From: a virus
Lineage: Duplodnaviria; Caudoviricetes
Direction: 5' to 3' (one strand)
IMG/VR virus record: IMGVR_UViG_3300005860_000041
Span: 1-50,106 of that record
Length of the DNA: 50,106 nucleotides
Below are positions 15,701-24,700 of this stretch, in pieces (within the stretch, counting starts at the first letter, position 1; each line of letters begins with the position of its first letter). Made by a program: the position numbers and the translations under genes. A model generated the notes under the pieces. That model was not told where the DNA came from and did not search any database. It saw nothing but the letters and a program-made list of their open reading frames with translations.

Positions 15701-18700
15701 CACCGTCGCAAAATATCACTCACTCTAACCCGCGCACTTTCTGGGTTTTTACCACCCTCTAAGACATGCTCTGCTGCTGCAAAGTAACCAAATAGCTTCG
15801 GTAGCAGCTCAGTGCGCATGCGCCTGCGTGCTTCAATACCACCACCAATAAGCGTCTGGTAAAGGAATGCTGCAACGGTATCTGCGTCGTAGCGCCCACC
15901 AGAGCGCATCGCAATCTGGTTGGCAATTGCTTTGAGCGCATCATAGGAGCGAAGAAGTGAGTTGCGGAACTTGGCAAGTGCCCTCGGTAGCTCAAATGTT
16001 ACTTGTCCTTCTTCAATTGCCTTCAGTAGGTCGTCAATCACTACATCAATCTCGTGCTGTGGAATGATTTCACCCTTCGATTTGCGGTCAATGATGTAAA
16101 GTAGGTCGCTGGCTGTCGGCGGTGTCCTCAAAACACCCCTCGATGGTTTCGGTGGCGCTGGCGCTGTAAAGCTTTGTTCTACTCTGTCGACAAAGTTCTT
16201 GTATGCAGGCACACGCTTCAACGCTTCATGAGCAAATGGCAAACTCCTAAGCGCAAGGTATAGCCCTGCTAAGCCTTGAAGGGCACTGGAAAACGCTTCA
16301 CCGTAGGCTACTTTAATACCCTCTTCTATAGCTAACGGACCGAGCGGGATAAAGCTCATCGCAGGTAGCTTGTTTATGTCTACAGTTCGTTCTTCTTTCA
16401 TGCCTTCTGGTGCTGGAGCCACAGGAGGCTTAAGCAATATCGGTTGCTCTGGTGCTAACTTGGCTACTTCATCCGCAATGCGCTTCACTTCAGGCAATGC
16501 TTCCCTTAGCTCCCTTATACGTTCAAGCTCCTTAAGTAACGCTTGCTCTTCTTGTTGTAGTTCATTATACTTTGCAATAACATCTGGTCTTGCCTTAGCT
16601 CCAGCTCTATTCAATATCTTTTCAAGCGTTGCAACTTTCCGATGCGTCCACGCAAGTTGTTGTCTAAGTGCCTCTTCTCGTTGCTTGAGACTTTCACCGT
16701 ATTTGTCGATGTTTTGTATGCGCTTTAGTATGTCAATTATCGTCTCATGCAGCGTCAGGTAGGATATAGGTCGTTGTTCAAGTTGTTTTTGTGCCCTTGC
16801 TATTTCATCTTCAAGGTGGTGTATCATACTCCACAGGTTTACAATTGATTTACTGATTACTCGAGAATGCTTTAGTTGCTTTTCAAGTTTCAAACGTTCC
16901 TCATGCAAGCGCTTAAGTTCGGTAGCTAATTCCTTGATGGCTGGCTTGTATTCCATTATTGGGTATGGTGCTGCTTCTTCAGCAGCAGTTAAGACATCTA
17001 TGTAATGGCTCAAAAATTCTATCCGTTGGTCAATCTGCTTTATTATTTCTGGTAACTTTTCAGGCATTGCTTTCTTTTCTGCCTGTAGCTCCTCTATAGC
17101 CTCCCTGAGTGTTTCAATCATCCCACGATGTAGTTTAATCATATCCTCAGGATGTGCGAATTGCTCAATGAAGTAAGCTGGTGCTTGAGTGGTAAGGATG
17201 AAGCTCCTAAATGGTATACTCTTAACATTCTCAACAAGCTTTTCTGTGATTTGGACGACTTGATGAAGTCGTTGCAATGTTTCAGCATCAGCATTTTCTC
17301 TTTCGGCAACAAAAAGCGCATAAGTGCTCGCAGTGTGAAGCGCTGTCACATATCTCTCTAATGCTTCTTTGGTCACAAGGATGCCTTTGTTGGCACTTAG
17401 CTTTGCTAAGTGGTCTGCAGTTATACTTTCAACAGGCTTGATTGAAGATACGTCAACCATCCTTGAAATATCTACAACAAAGCGTGGTGCTGCATAAGTG
17501 CCACCAACTACACGCACAGTTGGCACATATACTCCTTTTTGGGGCTTTTCCGTAACCACTTCAACTTCAGCCTTTGTAGGCTTTTCAAGAAACCTTTCTA
17601 CATCACGAATGTTCTTAAGGTTGCCAAATGCCTTCCCTAATTGTGACAGGTATAGTTGAAGTGCCGATAATTCGCTTAAGCTTTCTGCAAGTGTGAGCAA
17701 ATTCTTACGGTTACCTTCTTGCGCCATCTTCCTTATCTGGTTGTAAATGGTAGTGAGTTGGTCATAGAGCCTCTCTACATCTTTGGCTGGTGGCGCATAC
17801 ATGAGATGTTGCCATAACGAGAAGTAATTCAATACAGTCTCCACTTCTTCTTTAGTGAGCCCACCGGATGCTTCAACAATGGTGTCTTTAAGTGCATTTA
17901 GTGAGCCCCTTAAGGCTCTAAGGTGGGAACCACAGATTGTGTTGAAAACAAAGCGCCGTTGTTGTGCATCTCTGATAAACGGAAGGTTTAGGTGGTTTTC
18001 AAGCTCGTTCAAATAGGCTATAAACAACTCCAGTTTGTTTGCAGGTATACCTTGAGGTGATTGTTGTGCTTGCTGTAAAGCTCGTGAGAGGAACTCAACT
18101 AACGGTGAGGGTGCATGCTCGTCTATACCTATGCGCCGTAACTCATGAAGCATCTTGTTGATAATTTCAGCATTCCAAGGGTCAGTTTGTAAGAGAGTGC
18201 GTGTAACTGCACTTGCGATTGTAGGAACTGTATGAAATTCTTTTTCAACGATTGAGCCAATGTTTGCAACACTTAGCCCAGTTGTTTCATGTGTGTGACG
18301 CAAAAACGATGATGTGGGAATGTCTAAGATATAAATTTCTCTCCCTTTGGTATGCACTTGTGGTGCAAACATTTTGATGCCTACGCCAGTCACTTCGCCC
18401 GCTTCAGCGCGTGCCTCAAGCTCCATCCTGCCACGCATCGCCCGTGCAAGAATAACATCAAGCGCAGTAGCTTCGTGTCGTATCAAGTCAATAAGGTGGC
18501 TAAGGATGCGTGCTGTGCGCCTCGTCACATCAGGTGTTTGCGTAAGCTGTGGGAATTGCCTCCTAAAGAGGTAATTGAGCGTTAGGTTGATGTCCTCTGA
18601 AGATACTTCGTATAAGCTCCGTTGAGAAGTCAGCAAACTAAAGAGGTAATCCTTAAAGAAAGTCTTATCTGGCATTCCTTTGAGGCTCTCTGTAATTCTG

Positions 18701-21700
18701 TCCGAAATTGCCCGAGCAATATCACTCACAATTTGTTTGTTCTGCTCCAAGAACATTACATCACCACTCTCAGCTATCATATGAAGCACTGGTAGCTTGC
18801 TTGTAACAGCTTCGCTTTGTAGCTCTTGCACTATCCCTTTGAGTGCGCTGTTGAAGGTGTTGATACGCGGGAATGATACAAGAAGCTCTCGTGCAATCTC
18901 CCTTGTATGCTCCAAGCGCCATAGGGCGTTCCTAATCACATCCGCAAACTCTTTCTTGCTGACACCAGATGGGAGCTTGTCAGCAAATGCATCAATGTTT
19001 CGCTCAACATACCGTAGCGCTCCTATGAGTGTCCCCAAAGAAGCATAAATGTTTGATACCTTGAGCCAGCTAAATTCATCACTTGCAATGTCTGAGTATA
19101 TCTCAGCAACTTCCTTGAAGGCTTTGGCAAGCGTAGGTTGGTTTCTCTTTTCAAATTCAGTAGATAGCTCTCGCAGTGCCCTGACATAGTTTTGTGCAAC
19201 TTCAGGTCTACTCCACATTGCTTCAAGTAAACTTGGAGTGTAAAACCTCTTAATGCCCGTCCCCGGTATTGTCATCTCACCACTTTCGTGTGTCCCTATG
19301 ATTAACGCTGTCTTTATCACAGGAGATATGCTTGGTGCTGTCTTGTCAATAATTTCAAATACAGCTTCAGGACGACGAATTTTCCTTGACAAGTCGAAGA
19401 ATTCCTCAAAGCCTTTCTTTGGGTCAGACGCTGTAACACCACGAAGCTTCTCAATAGTTAAATTGGTTGTTAGCTCTGGTGGTAAGACTTCGTATTCTTC
19501 ACCTTCTTTGGTTTCTCGCCCTACAACTTCTTCAATTGGAGTAAACTCTACCCTTTCAGATGCTCTCATGCCAACATACTTGTCTCCAACTGTAGACTTG
19601 AACGCTCCTAAGGTAGCAAACATGGAAGCAGATATGAAATCTTCAGTTGTAGCGCCTTTGAAGACCATATTAGCAGTATCATGCCAGCGAGAAAGCCATA
19701 GAAAGTCTTTGTCACCTTCTCTAACTTCTCCGGTGGCATGCCTTGCAATGGTTATCCCCCAAGCTTGCATCGCACGCTCAAGCGTGTCTATCAAATCTTC
19801 CACATTTACAATTTCAATTGGCATTGTAGCTTTTTGTCTTTTTGCCCACGCCTTAGATGTTTTTTCTTCCTCCCTTGCTTCTATTAGTTCTTCAACAACA
19901 TCTGGCGTCATTTCCTCAATCTCTACCAAATGCACCCAGTCTATTTCGGATGCAACCAATGGTTCTCCTCCAACTACTTCTTCTAACTCTTCGGTAGTTT
20001 CTCTCCCAATTTCTTCTGGTGGAATTTCAGGCACACTAACAGGTTTTTTTCTTCGTCGTGTTATTGCTTCAACGACTTCGCTCCGCTCTGGCGCTGTTGG
20101 TTTTTCTTCGCCTCTTACTATGCGGTCAAGCATTCCTCGGTTAACTTTCACCGCAATGTTGAATAAATCGGTAAGTAGTCTGAGCGAGCCCAAAGTCTGG
20201 CTTTCAAGCGCATCAATAGCATCGGTGCGCTCTATACCTTTAGGATACCATAGCTTTTGCCATGCATCACGATGGTCTTCCTTTGGATATGGGAAAAGCG
20301 TGTGGAACAAAAGCATTTTGTAGATTGTCGTGCGCAACGCCGGCAATGCTTCATCTGTAACATGTGAGCTTAGTTCATCTGCAGTTTTAGTCGCAATACC
20401 ATATAGAGCGTTACTAAGTAATGATGCAACCTCTTCGCTGGTTAAAGGTTCACCTCTCTTTTTAGCAAGTTGGCGCGCCAATGTTTCAAGTGAAGACATT
20501 GTAGCCCTTAGAACCTCTTGTTGTGACATCCCCTTGTATTTCTCTATTTGTCGCAGTGCAAGGTCAAAAACTTCATACGGGCTCGGAATGTGCCCAATTA
20601 AAGTCTGCACTAACGGTGATGTGCGCACTTTGCCGTAGGCACTCGTGTATGCATACAGCAAGTGAGACATTGCATGCCCATGCTTAATTTCCCTTATAGT
20701 GGCTAACAAAGCCGTCGGGTCACTGGTCACCGCTAAGCCTCTTATTTCAAGCTCCCTTAGTGCCTCGCTGAATGGCAGGTTGAGGTGCGGATTTGTCCAT
20801 ATAGTGTCAATGGATAATCTTACCTGCTCTTTCAAGCCAGCTTGCTCTGCCGTCTTTATAAGCACATTGAAAGCATCTTGTTCTTTTTCGCCAAGCCATA
20901 ACATCGCCGTCGGTTGCTTCACACCTATTTGTGCTTGCTTCTTTTGCTCCCATGATAGTCTACCCGATGCAAGTCCTTCTTCTGCCTCTAAGGCACTAAA
21001 CAAATCCGCTGCAATGTTGCTCCAAACCTCTCTTCGTTGCTGGGCTTCCATTGCAGGCTCTTCAACTGGTGGTTTAGGTGCTTCTAACTCCTTTGGTGAC
21101 ACCTCTTTAGCCTCTTCACGCTTTGCCACTTTGAAATAACCCATGCTTCTTAGCACTTCTGGTGTTACAGAAGGACTGTATAGCTGTGTCTTAAACCCTT
21201 GTGGCATTTCTATTTGCGGAATAAGAGGCAGTAGTTTATCTCCAACAATGCATGCACGTAACTTTTGATACACTTCTTCCCCATACCTTTGACGAATTTC
21301 GTCACTATGCTTGGTGAAAGTTTCAAGCAAACTTTGAGCTGGTGATTTGAGTATACTCCATCCGGTTGCAACTGGCTCTTCAAACCTAATCCTTGTCCAT
21401 AGTTCTTGCATCGCCTTCATGAATGACGCTTCATTTGGAAATGCATCTTGCCATTGTCGATATAGGTGGCTAATTAACGTGTGTATGGCACCTCTATCCT
21501 CACTTGATAGCTTGTTCCACAAGTCTTGTGATGTAACTACCCTAAATAACATATGGACGCTACTGTCGTAAACTCCATGTGGTGTAGAAGTAGCCATGCC
21601 AATTGGAACATATTCAACAAATTCTGGAGCTCTAAAAATCCTATCCATACTTTCAACCATCTTCTTTACATCTTCAATGCCTATTCGTGGCTCGTCAAAC

Positions 21701-24700
21701 TTCACAGGGCGCAACTCAATTGGCACTGGCTTATCATCTATTAGCGCACTCATATTGGTGTCAACAACGTTAGGTGGCACTTCAACTTCCGGTGATGGTG
21801 TCTCTCTAAGTTGCTCTTCTGTCTCCACTACAAAATTGCGCTTTGGAGTTTCAGGCGGTAGCTCAAGTGTTGGCTTGTCAACAACTGCTACTTCGATGGA
21901 AGGTCTCTCAGTAGGTGTAGTTGGTGCTCTTTCAACTACAACGGGCACTGAGGGCTTAACTTCAACCGGTTCAATCTCGGGTGGCTTGCCAGCTTTGGCA
22001 TCATTGAAGCCTTTTCTTAGCGCTTCAACTGCATCTTTGTTCTCCCAATACTCCTTTGGTAATATACTCCTGTCAATGCCTTCTGGATGAAGGTAAAACA
22101 GCGCACGTCCTAAGAAGTAATCATCCATATACTCACGAGGAATACCTTTAACTTGCGCCTCCTGCAAGTGTTCAACAGTTTCAAGCTTGTTCCGTATAAT
22201 CTCAAGTAGGAGCATACCACGTTCCTCATTCGGCGGTAATACTTGGTGCATTACAGTAGGAAGCATCGTTTCATAAGACGGATATGTCGGTATTTTGGGC
22301 TCTTTAGTGGAAGAGATTGATGCGTCTACGACATCGGTAAAGTAGCGTAACATAGCCTCACGCGCTATAGTTGTTTCAGCAAGATGAAGCTGTTGTAGCC
22401 TTTCAAGCAAATGTAACGAAAGCATCGTAAAGGCATCGCCTTCAAATGGTCCTCCAATTCTTTCGTAGCTTTTGATTGCATCGGCAAGCGGATTTGAAGG
22501 TAATGGCTTACCTTCATGTAATGCAACCAAAGTGTCAATGAGCGCTTGTATGTTTTTGGCAACGACATTGTATTCCTCTCTTACCCTGTCATTTACCTTG
22601 CCACTCTTCACAAGCTCACCAAATTCTCTTAACTTGTCAAACGCTTCTTGAACTGGCTTGTCAAGACAGTCAAGAACTTCGGTTAGTGCATTCTCTGCCA
22701 TGACACCTCTAACGAGCCCAAGTAAGCGTGTTGTGTGGGCTTTGAACACGGGTATATCGCGATACTTTCTTATAGCCTGCGCTATCTCTTCAGAGACGAA
22801 TTGTTTCCATGCTTCAACATCTGTTGGTGTCTCGGTAAGCTTTTCAAGCGCTCTTACAGTTTCTTCAACAACAGGAATTTTCTTCTCACGCTTGAGCAAA
22901 GATAGTGCCTCAAGGTTCATTACATCTATAGCACCAAGCATGTTTCTAATCTCTTCGGTTGGTTGCCTACTAAGCCTTACAAGCTCTTGGACAATTGCAG
23001 GACGAAGCACTTCCATGAGCCTATTCTTGGCAACTTGCTCTCCAAACTTGGCTTTAACTGCATGATAGTATTCGGAAAGTGGTCTATACGGGAATAGCTC
23101 CGCACCTCTGTAGTTCTCTATTGTGTTGATGATGTCGTTAACCGCATAAATGGTCGTGGAACGCAATTCTGCTTCCGAAGGAACTCTGCCAAGTAGCCTG
23201 ACAATATCCAAAGCAATATTGGAAGCAATCTCTTGTTGTGCCATGTATTTTTCAAACTCCTCAGGCGTAAGCCTCACCCTGTCAGCCCTTTCTATAAGAA
23301 GCCTCGCCGCCTTTTGTGCTATAACTTCAACATCTTGTGGTGCAATTCTAAGCATTGGTGGCTTCATCACACTTAAGTAGGCGTGAATTTGGTTCTTGAT
23401 GGCTTGCGCAAGTAAATTGACATCATTGAAGGCAATCGCAATCGCAATGTCTGGGTTTTCTCTCACTATGGATGCTTTTTGTTCTGGCGTTGCTTTGGGT
23501 TGTGCTAACCTACCCCATATTGCATTCAAAGCATACGATGACGCCATCGTTATGTAATCGGCGTCCCCTGTAGGAGAAGCGTAGTGTAATATCTGCGCTA
23601 CTCTCCTAAGCGCTTCAGTTTGCTCTGGTGATAGCTTCAGCTCTTTAGCTTTTGCTTCAACTTGTTGAAGGACATCAGTTAACGTGCGTGCATAAACTGG
23701 TTCAACAGTAACACGACGCAATTTGCGCCACTCCGTCGGTGGATGGAATGTCACATTTACATCTTTTAGAACTTGTGTTGAGGATAACGCCTCGCATGCA
23801 AGTTGCCACATCGGATGTTGCATTAACACACTTAGGAACACATCGCTATTTCTAACTTGCCCTTCCTCGGTTACGCTCTCTTGTAAGGCTTGAAGTTTGT
23901 TGGCAATTTCAGTATACAAACGAACAACACGAGAACTGTGTTCCTTGCGTGCACTCTCATCTATTGGTTGCTCCTTGACAATTTCAGAAACTACCCTCAA
24001 AGGGTCTCTAAATACATGTTCAACATTAATGCCAACTTCTTTAGCTTTGTTGAGAACCTCAAGGGCAACCGCTTCATGTGCCATTTGCCGTGCCACATTT
24101 TCATCAATGCCAGCTGATGTGAGCGCTCTGGTTAGCTTGCCAACTGCATTTCTAAATTGTTCGCCAGTTTTCTCTACTACTGATGTAAGTTGGCGGGATA
24201 CTTCTTCGCCTTCTACTGGTATGCGCTTAACATCAGTTTGCAATAGTTGTTGAACAGCTTGTAATACATTAGCCGAAGCTTTTGAAGTTGGTGCAAAGCG
24301 CTCCCGTGAAAGCTCCTCAGTAAACCTTCTACTACTTTCACTCACATCAATATTGCGCCACTCAGTAGGCTGTATGCCAATATCAGGTGGCATAGGTGCT
24401 GGCGTAGGTATTGGCGCTCGTGGCGCAGGTGTTGTAGTAGGCGCTGGCGGAACTTGCGGTGCTTGTGGTGCTGGCGTTGGAGTTGGCGCTGGCGTTGGAG
24501 TTGGCGCTGTTGTCGGTGCCGGCGCTTGTGGCACTGGAACTGTTGTCGGCGCCGGTGCTTGCGGTGTAGGTGCTTGCGGAACTGTTGGTGACGGTGGTAA
24601 TGGGTGTGTGCGCCGTGACTTGGCTACTTCTTCTTGATATTCAAATGTCCATGCAGGCACATGGAACATTGCAAGAAGCGCACCTTTAAGAGCTTCTTCA

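Noticed and set aside
19253-20323. 356-aa plus-strand ORF and other Ser-rich plus-strand ORFs within the giant gene
   Set aside because: Antisense shadows of Glu/Lys codons; no RBS or protein-like composition.
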